Origin: Idiomarina loihiensis L2TR
GTDB taxonomy: Bacteria; Pseudomonadota; Gammaproteobacteria; Enterobacterales; Alteromonadaceae
Assembly (NCBI RefSeq): GCF_000008465.1
Contig: NC_006512.1
Location: forward strand, 2,550,001 to 2,582,000
Reading direction: 5' to 3'
DNA length: 32,000 nucleotides
Below are positions 1 through 8,359 of the stretch, piece by piece. Position 1 is the stretch's first letter. The number at the start of each line of letters is the position of its first letter. The notes beneath the pieces are model-generated. The model was not told the DNA's origin. It saw only the letters and a program-made list of their open reading frames with translations, and ran no database searches. A program made the translations under genes and the position numbers.

Positions 1-2
1 CC

Positions 3-1097
3 ATGTGTCTCATTTACTTGCTGGCGGGTGCGTTTTCGACGGTGGCAGAGGCAACCGGTGGGGTCGACGCGATGGTGGCACTTGGGCTAAATGTTATTCC
101 GGCTTCTTTCCTGCTGCCCGGGTTGTTTATTATTGCCGGGGTTATCTCTACCGCTATGGGCACCTCTATGGGCACACTGGCGGCGCTGGCTCCGGTGGTT
201 CTGGGCATTGGTGAAGCAACCGATATTAGTTTGCCGCTGCTGGCCGGGGTACTTGTTAGCGGTGCCATGTTTGGCGATAACTTATCCATTATTTCAGACA
301 CCACCATTGCCGCGACTCGTACACAGGGCTGCACCATGCGGGACAAATTCCGCGCGAACTTAAAAATTGCCATACCCGCGGCTATCTTTACCGTAATTTG
401 GTTAGTCACTTACGACACCAGCCAGGTGCCTTTAGAAATTCCGGAAGCTAACTTATGGCTATCATTACCTTATTTCATCATTATTGTTTTAGCGGTTATG
501 GGGCTTAATGTTTTTGCCGTACTCGGGCTTGGCATTGTATTAGCAGCCGCTTTTGGCATGTTCACTGTCGACTACGAATGGGTGGCTTTTAGTCAGGATA
601 TCTACGAAGGTTTTGGCAGTATGCAGGAAATCTTCCTGCTGTCGCTGCTCATTGGTGGCTTATCGGCGTTAATTCGTCAGCAAGGGGGACTCGCCTTCTT
701 AGCGGGCTTTGTCGAAAGCGCAGCAAATAAGGTCAGTAAACACAAGCAGCGGGCATCGGCTATTGGTGTGGCCGCCCTGACAGCTCTGACAAATTTATGC
801 GTCGCCAACAACACCGTCAGCATCTTATTGGCCGGAGAAGTTAGTAAACGCCTGGCCAAAGTGGGGAATTTAGCGCCGCGCCAAAGCGCCAGCTTATTGG
901 ATATTTTTGCCTGCGTCGTGCAAGGAGCTTTGCCTTACGGAGCACAGGCATTATTGATGGGAGCCAGCTTTAAAATCTCGCCGCTATCGGTCAGTCTGCA
1001 TACGGGGTATTGCTTTATTCTGGCAGCCGTGGCTATTGCTATTATCATCTGGCGCCGCCCTCTGGAAGACAGAGAGCCAACACCGGAATCAGCTTAG
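3..1097 (+). CDS. NhaC-family Na+/H+ antiporter, 5'-truncated by the window edge
   Basis: The ORF is open from the window edge and encodes 364 aa of very hydrophobic multi-TM sequence. The segment 'GDNLSIISDTTIAATRTQG' and the overall layout resemble NhaC/MleN-type antiporters. It stops with TAG at 1095-1097. Confidence 0.7.
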   Translation: MCLIYLLAGAFSTVAEATGGVDAMVALGLNVIPASFLLPGLFIIAGVISTAMGTSMGTLAALAPVVLGIGEATDISLPLLAGVLVSGAMFGDNLSIISDTTIAATRTQGCTMRDKFRANLKIAIPAAIFTVIWLVTYDTSQVPLEIPEANLWLSLPYFIIIVLAVMGLNVFAVLGLGIVLAAAFGMFTVDYEWVAFSQDIYEGFGSMQEIFLLSLLIGGLSALIRQQGGLAFLAGFVESAANKVSKHKQRASAIGVAALTALTNLCVANNTVSILLAGEVSKRLAKVGNLAPRQSASLLDIFACVVQGALPYGAQALLMGASFKISPLSVSLHTGYCFILAAVAIAIIIWRRPLEDREPTPESA

Positions 1098-1490
1098 TTA
1101 ATAGGTACTGGGCAGCTCCATAATACCGTCAATTTCAATCTGCGCGCCTTTCGGCAACTGCTTTACGCCGATAGCCGCGCGAGCCGGATACGGTTCTCTG
1201 AAATGCTTCGCCATGACTTCATTTACAATGGCAAACTGCCCCAGATCGGTCAGGTAAATCTGTACCTTTATCATGTCCTGCAGTTCGCCGCCGGATGCCT
1301 CACAAACAGCCGTCAGGTTTTTAAACACCTGCTCGGCCTGGGCCGTGAAGTCTTCGCTAACGAGCTCCATACTTTCAGGAACCAGAGGAATTTGTCCGGA
1401 AAGGTATACTGTCGTACCAATTTTTACCGCCTGCGAATAAGTGCCGATAGCTGCTGGCGCTTTATCCGTTGAAATAATCACTTTAGACAT
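1098..1490 (-). CDS. ridA: RidA / YjgF-family reactive enamine-imine deaminase
   Basis: The 130-aa product aligns by eye along its whole length with E. coli RidA (MSK..I.T..APAAIG.Y.Q..., FPARS/AA..V..LPK...IEI). Its ATG at 1490 lies 1 nt after the spoT stop, so it is the last gene of the operon. Confidence 0.88.
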   Translation of the reverse strand: MSKVIISTDKAPAAIGTYSQAVKIGTTVYLSGQIPLVPESMELVSEDFTAQAEQVFKNLTAVCEASGGELQDMIKVQIYLTDLGQFAIVNEVMAKHFREPYPARAAIGVKQLPKGAQIEIDGIMELPSTY

Positions 1491-1491
1491 A

Positions 1492-3597
1492 TTACTTCCT
1501 TAAGCGCGTCACGCGCTGAACATCCGGCATCTTGCGAATATGACGGATCACATCCGCTAAATGCTTACGGTTTTTTATCGTTAAAGCCACATCAATGAAA
1601 TAAATGTTGGCATCAATTTCTTCGGTCTGCAGACCATCAATATTGCAGCCCGTGGTTGCAATAGCCGATGTTAACTTAGCCAGCACGCCCTGATTATTGA
1701 CAATTTCAATGCGAATTTCAGAAATAAACTCGGCTTCGGGTTTGTTATCCCACTCAACCGGGAAGTAACGCCCCGGGTCATCTTCATGGCCACGAACGTT
1801 TTTACACTCACGACGATGAATAACCAAACCTTTACCCGGACTCACATGGGCAATGATATCGTCGCCCGGAATGGGGCGACAGCATTTGGCAAAACTGACC
1901 AGCAGGCCTTCGGCGCCTTTAATCGAGAGGCTTTTTTGTGATGCGTTGTCATCTTTTATCGGTTGTAAGTCGCCTAAAAGCCGCTTCGCAATGGCCACCG
2001 ACATCATATTGCCCAGCCCAATTTGTTTCAGCAAATTCTCACGGCTATCAATTTTTGTTTCCTGCAATACCCGCTTAAATTCCGCCTCTGGAATTTCGTC
2101 GTAACTGACCTGCCCGAGTGCTGAGCGAAGTAAGCGCTCACCCAACTGTTGCGCTTCGTCAGCTTCCTGACTTTTCAGGTACTGGCGAATTTTAGCCCGG
2201 GCTTTACCGGTTACCACAAAGTTTAACCAGGCAATATTCGGCCGCGAGTTAGGTGCTGTTTTTATCTCAACCGTTTGCCCGGTTTCCAGCGGTTTACTCA
2301 ACGAATAAGTACGATGGTTAACTCTCGCACCAATACAGGTGTTACCAACGTCGGTGTGCACAGCGTAGGCAAAATCTACCGCGGTAGCGCCCTGAGGTAA
2401 TTCGGTAATTCGGCCATCGGGACTGAACACATATATTTCATCGGGGAATAAGTCAGACTTTACGCTTTCAATGAATTCAAACGAGTTGCCAGCGCTTTGT
2501 TGTAACTCTAACAAGCTTTGCATCCACTTACGCGCGCGCACCTGAGCCGTGGTGCTGGAATCGTCCGATTGTTTATACATCCAATGCGCGGCGACACCGC
2601 GGTCGGCCATCAGATCCATCTCTTCGGTACGAATCTGAATTTCTACCGGCACCCCGTGAGGGCCTTTCAAGGAGGTATGCAAAGACTGATAACCGTTCGA
2701 CTTTGGAATAGCAATGTAGTCTTTAAACCGCGTTTCAATAGGCTTATACAAATTGTGCAGCGCCCCAAGAACCCGGTAACAAGTATCGACACTGTCCACA
2801 ATGACGCGGAAAGCGTATATGTCCATGACCTGTTCAAACTTCACTTCTTTGGCCTGCATTTTCCGGTAAATGCTGTGCAGATGCTTTTCACGGCCAGACA
2901 CCCGTGCCTGAATATTGTTACCGTCCAGGCGCGAACTGATTTCACTTTGCACTCGCTCGGTAAACTCGCGACGGTTACCGCGGGCACGTTTTACTTCTGA
3001 CTCAAGCAATTTTCCACGCCAGGGGTACAGCGCCCAGAAGCCCAGTTGCTCCAGCTCATTTTTAATATCGTGCATACCCAGGCGGTGCGCTAAAGGTGCA
3101 TAAATTTCTAAGGTTTCACGGGCAATACGGCGGCGTTTGTCGGGGCGCAAATGCTGAATGGTGCGCATGTTATGGGTGCGGTCAGCCAGTTTAATCAGAA
3201 TAACCCGGATATCCTGCACCATCGCCATAATCATCTTGCGGTAGTTTTCGGCCTGGGCTTCTTCTTTGGAGTTGAACTGCAACTTATCCAGTTTAGACAC
3301 GCCCTCTACTAAACTGGCAACAGTTGCCCCAAAACGCTCGGCCAGATCTTCCCGGCTGGTTTCAGTATCTTCAATAACGTCATGGAGTAAAGCCGCCATT
3401 AAGGTTTCGCAATCCAGCCTCATGTCAGCAAGCAGGCTTGCAACCGCAACCGGGTGCGTAATGTAAGGCTCGCCGCTGCTGCGTTTTTGCGAACTGTGGG
3501 CTTCGTTTGCTACAACAAAGGCATCACGAATACGTTCCACCTGCTCGGACGGAAGATACTCACTAACCTGAGCCTTTAAGCCTTCAAATAAGTACAC
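1492..3597 (-). CDS. spoT: Bifunctional (p)ppGpp synthetase/hydrolase SpoT
   Basis: The 701-aa product has an intact HD hydrolase motif (HPVAVA...LLHDVIEDT) and a RelA/SpoT synthetase core ([25 protein letters not shown]). TGS and C-terminal ACT-like regions are present. The position immediately after rpoZ is the classical spoT context. Confidence 0.95.
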   Translation of the reverse strand: MYLFEGLKAQVSEYLPSEQVERIRDAFVVANEAHSSQKRSSGEPYITHPVAVASLLADMRLDCETLMAALLHDVIEDTETSREDLAERFGATVASLVEGVSKLDKLQFNSKEEAQAENYRKMIMAMVQDIRVILIKLADRTHNMRTIQHLRPDKRRRIARETLEIYAPLAHRLGMHDIKNELEQLGFWALYPWRGKLLESEVKRARGNRREFTERVQSEISSRLDGNNIQARVSGREKHLHSIYRKMQAKEVKFEQVMDIYAFRVIVDSVDTCYRVLGALHNLYKPIETRFKDYIAIPKSNGYQSLHTSLKGPHGVPVEIQIRTEEMDLMADRGVAAHWMYKQSDDSSTTAQVRARKWMQSLLELQQSAGNSFEFIESVKSDLFPDEIYVFSPDGRITELPQGATAVDFAYAVHTDVGNTCIGARVNHRTYSLSKPLETGQTVEIKTAPNSRPNIAWLNFVVTGKARAKIRQYLKSQEADEAQQLGERLLRSALGQVSYDEIPEAEFKRVLQETKIDSRENLLKQIGLGNMMSVAIAKRLLGDLQPIKDDNASQKSLSIKGAEGLLVSFAKCCRPIPGDDIIAHVSPGKGLVIHRRECKNVRGHEDDPGRYFPVEWDNKPEAEFISEIRIEIVNNQGVLAKLTSAIATTGCNIDGLQTEEIDANIYFIDVALTIKNRKHLADVIRHIRKMPDVQRVTRLRK

Positions 3598-3663
3598 CAG
3601 TTAACTCCCCGGGTAATACCGGACTATGAATATACTTTCAGAATAAGGGGATTTGACGGAATT

Positions 3664-3687
3664 GCCAACGGCATTGATGCCGTTGGC
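3664..3687 (-). other. Perfect inverted repeat (11-bp arms, 2-nt centre) between rpoZ and spoT, with no U-tract
   Basis: The sequence is GCCAACGGCAT-TG-ATGCCGTTGGC, read directly. It starts 13 nt after the rpoZ stop on the transcribed strand. It is not followed by a T-run on either strand. Confidence 0.6.
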
Positions 3688-3699
3688 GAACAGAAACTT

Positions 3700-3969
3700 T
3701 TATTCGATACCGCGTAGTGCATCTACCGCACGCAGTTCTTCAGCGTCTTGCTGCTTTTGAGCCGCCTGATCTTCAATATCAAGGCGTTCATTGTCGATAA
3801 GGCCTTGCTCTATTTCACGCAAAGCAATAACAGTTGGTTTTTCGTTTTTTGTTTCAACTAATGGCTCTTTACCATTGGCCAACTGACGCGCGCGGCGTGA
3901 GGCTAACAAAATTAAATCAAAACGGTTACCAACACGGTCTACAGCATCTTCTACAGTTACGCGAGCCAT
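3700..3969 (-). CDS. rpoZ: DNA-directed RNA polymerase omega subunit
   Basis: The 89-aa product has the canonical N-terminus [22 protein letters not shown]. The gmk-rpoZ-spoT synteny supports the call. Confidence 0.95.
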   Translation of the reverse strand: MARVTVEDAVDRVGNRFDLILLASRRARQLANGKEPLVETKNEKPTVIALREIEQGLIDNERLDIEDQAAQKQQDAEELRAVDALRGIE

Positions 3970-4037
3970 GGTTTACTCCCAATAAAGCGTGAGTCGTATT
4001 TTTCGAAAGGCTAAGAATTATACGGAATTAAGGCCTA

Positions 4038-4670
4038 TTATCCAAGCAATTCCTTCAATACGCTTGAATATCTTATTTGCTGATGCGGCATTTTTTGCCG
4101 CTGAGCTAAAACAATATGCTCCAGCGATGCCAGGCTGTTGTTAAAGTCATCATTTACCAGTAGATAGTCAAACTCATGATAATGCGACATTTCTGCCTGA
4201 GCTTTTGCCATGCGCTCAGCAATAACTTCGTCAGAATCCTGTCCGCGAACACGCAAACGTTCCTCCAGAATTTCCAGGCTGGGCGGAACAATAAAAACCG
4301 AACGCACTTCAGGGTGATGTTCACGAACCTGTTGAGCGCCCTGCCAGTCAATATCCAGAAACACGTCTTTGCCTTCAGCCAATAAAGACTCTACAACTTT
4401 ACGGGAAGTGCCGTAATAGTTGCCAAATACACGTGCCCATTCGTAAAATTCACCGGCATCAATACGTTGCTCAAATTCTTCAGTACTGAGAAAGTGATAA
4501 TGAACGCCCTGTACTTCTCCCGGACGCGGAGCACGTGTGGTGGACGATACAGACACCTGCATAGACTGATCAGGATGCTTTTCCAACAAAGCCCGAATCA
4601 GGCTCGATTTCCCTGCGCCACTCGGGGCCGCAATGATAAACAAATTCCCTAACACCGGAGACGCGGTCAT
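4038..4670 (-). CDS. gmk: Guanylate kinase
   Basis: The P-loop [10 protein letters not shown] and the motifs TTR.PR.GE..G..Y.F and YYGT are present. I place the start at the internal ATG (4670, [10 protein letters not shown]...). The 21-codon upstream extension of the ORF track has no homology-like content. Confidence 0.92.
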   Translation of the reverse strand: MTASPVLGNLFIIAAPSGAGKSSLIRALLEKHPDQSMQVSVSSTTRAPRPGEVQGVHYHFLSTEEFEQRIDAGEFYEWARVFGNYYGTSRKVVESLLAEGKDVFLDIDWQGAQQVREHHPEVRSVFIVPPSLEILEERLRVRGQDSDEVIAERMAKAQAEMSHYHEFDYLLVNDDFNNSLASLEHIVLAQRQKMPHQQIRYSSVLKELLG

Positions 4671-4746
4671 AACGGGTTCTCTTTTTAAGAAACGGACGAT
4701 CACTGTTGGCGCGAAATAATAACACGGTTTCACACCTCGATGAAAA

Positions 4747-5994
4747 TTGAGTAAAGTATGGCTTTTAAGGACTCGTGGTATTACTTTGCAGACTCAACCG
4801 GCGCCTGTCGCAAAACCGTCTAAATTCCCCCTGCTGTTCGGCTTGCTCGTACTGGTATTGCTAGGACTTAATTTACGTCCTTTGCTGACATCCGTAGGGC
4901 CACTAACCGATGAGCTACAAACCATCACAGGTCTGTCTTTCAGTGAGATATCGCTGTTAACGACACTACCCATTCTAATGATTGGCTTAATGGCCTTATT
5001 TGCCGGGCGGGTGACAACAGCTTTGGGTTACCGGCAAGGTATTGGGCTGGGCTTGTTGATTCTGTGCGCAGGCCTTACTGCCCGGCTATTTGAGCCGACC
5101 AGCACCAGTATGATTACCAGTGCTTTAGTGGGCGGAGTTGGCATTGCGTTACTGCATATCGTTATTCCGGAACTGACCAAACAACAGTATTTGAATCGTT
5201 TGGGTATGGTCACTGGCCTTTGGTCTGCGGCACTCATGGGCGGCGCGGCGCTAGGTGCTGTCGCGACTCCATGGGCTGCCAATTTATTACCTGAGCGCTT
5301 TCAGGCACTAGGCAGCTGGTCTCTTTTGGCGGCAATAGTGCTGATTATTTGGTACTTACCATTTAACCGCACACCAGTTGCCAGCATTCCTCCCCGGCAC
5401 CTGTTACTGCGGGCTCACCGTTACTCCCGGGCTTGGCTTCTGGGTATTTATTTCGCCCTGGTGAATGCCGGATACGCCGGATTTATTGCGTGGATAGCGC
5501 CATTTTATGGTGAATTCGGTTGGCCCGCACAAAAAGCAGGGAATTTACTGGCGCTATTTTCTCTGGTTCAGGTTATCGGCGCTTTGCTGCTGCCGGCTCT
5601 CTCGCGCACACAAGACCGAAGGTTGTGGCTAACAGCCGCGGTACTTATTCAAATGGCAGGCTTTGCGGGGTTAAGCTGGTTTCCGACCGAAGCTCCCTGG
5701 CTATGGTCGGCACTTTGCGGCTTTGGCTTAGGTGGTGCCTTCCCGCTATGTATTGTTATGGCGCTGGACCATATCGATAACCCTGTGCAGGCAGGACGCC
5801 TGGTTTCTTTTATGCAGGGTATCGGTTTTATGTTTGCCAGCCTGATGCCGTTGTTGACCGGATGGTTCAGAGACGTTTACGGTAATTACAGTTTAGGCTG
5901 GCAGTTACATATTATTGTCGGCATTCTTATTTTGCTTATAACCTGGCAATTTAACCCTAACAGCTACCGTGACCTGTTTAACTTGCGGGAATAA
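4747..5994 (+). CDS. MFS transporter, CynX/NimT-like
   Basis: It has about 12 predicted TM segments. '[18 protein letters not shown]...' matches the CynX N-terminal signature region from memory. The start is uncertain: 4747 is TTG, and another in-frame TTG lies at 4786. Confidence 0.78.
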   Translation: MSKVWLLRTRGITLQTQPAPVAKPSKFPLLFGLLVLVLLGLNLRPLLTSVGPLTDELQTITGLSFSEISLLTTLPILMIGLMALFAGRVTTALGYRQGIGLGLLILCAGLTARLFEPTSTSMITSALVGGVGIALLHIVIPELTKQQYLNRLGMVTGLWSAALMGGAALGAVATPWAANLLPERFQALGSWSLLAAIVLIIWYLPFNRTPVASIPPRHLLLRAHRYSRAWLLGIYFALVNAGYAGFIAWIAPFYGEFGWPAQKAGNLLALFSLVQVIGALLLPALSRTQDRRLWLTAAVLIQMAGFAGLSWFPTEAPWLWSALCGFGLGGAFPLCIVMALDHIDNPVQAGRLVSFMQGIGFMFASLMPLLTGWFRDVYGNYSLGWQLHIIVGILILLITWQFNPNSYRDLFNLRE

Positions 5995-6568
5995 TTCTCG
6001 CAATTATATCATCGGCCAAGCTTTCCAGCTGCTGCCGCGGAATTTCTCGCCTGGCCATGGTTCGTAAACCAATAATATTCGTCTGTAATAAAAGGCCCAG
6101 ACGTTCAGGAGACTGCGAACTACCAATTTCTCCTCGCTGCTGCGCCTGCTGAAACGCCTCTGTAAAAAGCTGCTCGAATTTTTCAAGATAACTTTGTACC
6201 GGCTCGCTAAACGCTTTGTCTTCCGGCGTAAATTCCAGCAAGGTTTTTACCAGCATACAAGCCTGCGTTGGTGCACAGGTTGCTGTCATTACCGCAATGT
6301 TACGAAGGTACAAACTTATTCCCTGCAGCACCGAAGATTTTTGCGCTAAGGCTTGCTTAAACTCTTCCTCTGCGAGAGAGGAATATTCTTCAAGGGTCTC
6401 TTTAAACAGGGCTTCTTTATTGCCAAATGCAGCATAAATACTTCCTGGCCTCATATCCATTTCTTCCTCTATGTCTTTCATAGAGGTTGCGTGGTATCCC
6501 TTGCGCCAGAAAAGCTTCAGCGCATTGTTAAGCGCTGTTTCCCGGTGAAATTTAGGCGTTCTGGGCAT
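5978..6568 (-). CDS. TetR/AcrR-family transcriptional regulator
   Basis: The 196-aa product has an N-terminal TetR HTH (ALKLFWRKGYHATSMKDIEEEMDMRPGSIYAAFGNKEALF). Its 3' end overlaps the MFS gene by 17 bp. It is divergent from pyp. Confidence 0.85.
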   Translation of the reverse strand: MPRTPKFHRETALNNALKLFWRKGYHATSMKDIEEEMDMRPGSIYAAFGNKEALFKETLEEYSSLAEEEFKQALAQKSSVLQGISLYLRNIAVMTATCAPTQACMLVKTLLEFTPEDKAFSEPVQSYLEKFEQLFTEAFQQAQQRGEIGSSQSPERLGLLLQTNIIGLRTMARREIPRQQLESLADDIIARIIPAS

Positions 6569-6711
6569 TATTTTTATCCTTAATTATTTACCTGAAGGCA
6601 AGTATAGACCTGCTTGTTGTTAATTTCACTTTAAGAAGTGTTAAGAAAACATGATCTAAATATCTCGGGCTCCACTATTAACCCATACATTTCGTACTTA
6701 GAGGTAACACA

Positions 6712-7089
6712 ATGGAGATTGTTCAATTCGGTTCTGATGATATCGAAAACACTTTATCTAAAATGTCAGATGACAAGTTAAACGACATTGCTTTTGGCGC
6801 TATTCAGTTAGACGCTAGCGGTAAAATTATTCAATACAACGCCGCCGAAGGCGACATTACCGGTCGTGATCCGGGCGCTGTCGTTGGCAAAAACTTTTTT
6901 AACGAAGTGGCACCATGCACCAACAGCCCTGAGTTTAAAGGACGCTTCGACGAAGGCGTTAAAAACGGCAATTTAAACACCATGTTTGAATATGTTTTTG
7001 ACTACGAAATGCAACCGACCAAAGTTAAAGTTCATATGAAAAAAGCTTTAACCGGCGACACCTACTGGGTATTCGTTAAGCGACTATAA
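6712..7089 (+). CDS. pyp: Photoactive yellow protein (PYP), a p-coumaric-acid PAS photoreceptor
   Basis: The 125-aa product aligns by eye nearly end to end with Halorhodospira halophila PYP. Y42, E46, T50, R52 and the chromophore Cys69 (VAPC69T) are all conserved. The C-terminus is YWVFVKRL, and an AGAGGT Shine-Dalgarno precedes the ATG. Confidence 0.95.
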   Translation: MEIVQFGSDDIENTLSKMSDDKLNDIAFGAIQLDASGKIIQYNAAEGDITGRDPGAVVGKNFFNEVAPCTNSPEFKGRFDEGVKNGNLNTMFEYVFDYEMQPTKVKVHMKKALTGDTYWVFVKRL

Positions 7090-7090
7090 A

Positions 7091-8359
7091 GTGACAGACT
7101 CACTTCAGCAGCACCTTATTGTTACTGTCATAGGCGATCTTATCGCCGATGAACTTGCGCGTATGCGTCCGGCTGAAAGTGAGTACTGGAAGCGTCGCCA
7201 ATGGCATGAAGACGACACGTTAGTGGCAAAAAACAAGTCAACCAAAGACAATGGCGAGGATGACGTTGTAGTTGATTCGCTGGAACGACTGGCCTTAGCT
7301 GGCCGGGTAGTTCAGTTCTTTCATATGGGGGACAGCGGAGTGGAAGATTACCTTCTGCGCCGTAACAGTCTGGCTGAATGGGCTGAAGTTGTTCTGAAAT
7401 CGCGGCAAGTTCACACCCAAAACTTAACAGTTACCACTTCCGGCAGCACCGGCCAACCCAAAGCCTGCGAGCATTCATGGAGTGCATTAGTTGAGGAAGT
7501 GAGAGAGTTTGTCCGTATCTTTGACAACGATTATGAGTTATCTCCAGTTCGTATTGTCGCTTTAGTGCCAAGCCACCATATTTATGGGTTTCTGTTTACC
7601 GTATTGTTGCCACATCTTGTTGATGCGCCGGTTTTGCGTGGTTTTAAAGCTTATAGCCACGTTCGCAACGGTGGCTTACGTGCCGGAGATGCTGTTGTCG
7701 GTTTCCCTGAGTTACTCACTCAGTTATCGTCAGAGATGCCACCATTACCGCCCGGAGTGCTTTTTATTAGCTCTGCCGGACCATGCCCGGCCAGTACGGT
7801 GCACCAGTTGTATGCTATAGGCGCAGCTCGCGCTGTGGAAATTTATGGTAGTTCCGAGACTGCAGGTATGGCTTACCGGAGTAAACCAGAAAATAACTAC
7901 CGTTTGTTATCCCGCTGGCGCAAAAATACAGAAAACCATCAGCAACTAATTGATAGGCAAACAAAGGTTATTTACGAAATACCAGATAATACCCAGTGGC
8001 ATACAGAGGATGAATTCCAAATCACCGGACGAGTCGACAAGGCGGTTTCGATACGAGGAATCAATGTGTTCCCGGCTCATATTGCTAAGTGTCTGCGTCA
8101 ACACCCGGCAGTTGCCGATGCAACGGTACGCCCGATGAGATCCGACGAAGGCTATGGACTGAAGGCCTTTATTGTTTTACAGGAGAATATTAGTGAAACG
8201 GTAACTGAACAAAGTGTTCAAACCTGGTTAAGTGACAACCTCTGCGCTGCGGAAATACCGGAGCGAATTAGCTTTGGAGAGCAATTACCCATAAATTCCA
8301 TGGGTAAGGCGCAAGACTGGAGTATCGATAACTCGCCAACGGGTAAGCCGTTAAATTAA
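7091..8359 (+). CDS. pcl: Short adenylate-forming enzyme, p-coumarate-CoA ligase-like (PYP chromophore activation)
   Basis: The GTG start lies 1 nt after the pyp stop. ANL-superfamily motifs are present: TSGSTGQPKA (A3), EIYGSSETAG (A5), TGRVDKAVSIRGINVFPAHI (A8) and the C-terminal catalytic-Lys region NSMGKA. At 422 aa it is shorter than plant-type 4CLs. The pyp-pcl adjacency is known from other PYP organisms. Confidence 0.8.
   Translation: MTDSLQQHLIVTVIGDLIADELARMRPAESEYWKRRQWHEDDTLVAKNKSTKDNGEDDVVVDSLERLALAGRVVQFFHMGDSGVEDYLLRRNSLAEWAEVVLKSRQVHTQNLTVTTSGSTGQPKACEHSWSALVEEVREFVRIFDNDYELSPVRIVALVPSHHIYGFLFTVLLPHLVDAPVLRGFKAYSHVRNGGLRAGDAVVGFPELLTQLSSEMPPLPPGVLFISSAGPCPASTVHQLYAIGAARAVEIYGSSETAGMAYRSKPENNYRLLSRWRKNTENHQQLIDRQTKVIYEIPDNTQWHTEDEFQITGRVDKAVSIRGINVFPAHIAKCLRQHPAVADATVRPMRSDEGYGLKAFIVLQENISETVTEQSVQTWLSDNLCAAEIPERISFGEQLPINSMGKAQDWSIDNSPTGKPLN

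Noticed and set aside
14-409. Long ORFs antisense to, or out of frame with, strong genes. Examples are 14-409(-), 2518-3000(+), 8592-8918(-), 9930-10325(+), 19097-19486(+), 20155-20478(-), 21229-21546(-) and 26796-27173(-).
   Set aside because: Each lies entirely inside, or largely overlaps, a gene with clear family motifs on the other strand or frame. Their translations are low-complexity (Arg/Ser/Cys/Pro-rich) with no recognisable domains, as is typical of shadow ORFs.
4671-4733. A 21-codon N-terminal extension of gmk in the ORF track ([21 protein letters not shown]).
   Set aside because: Guanylate kinases begin a few residues before the P-loop. The internal ATG at 4670 gives the conventional N-terminus, and the extension has no conserved character.
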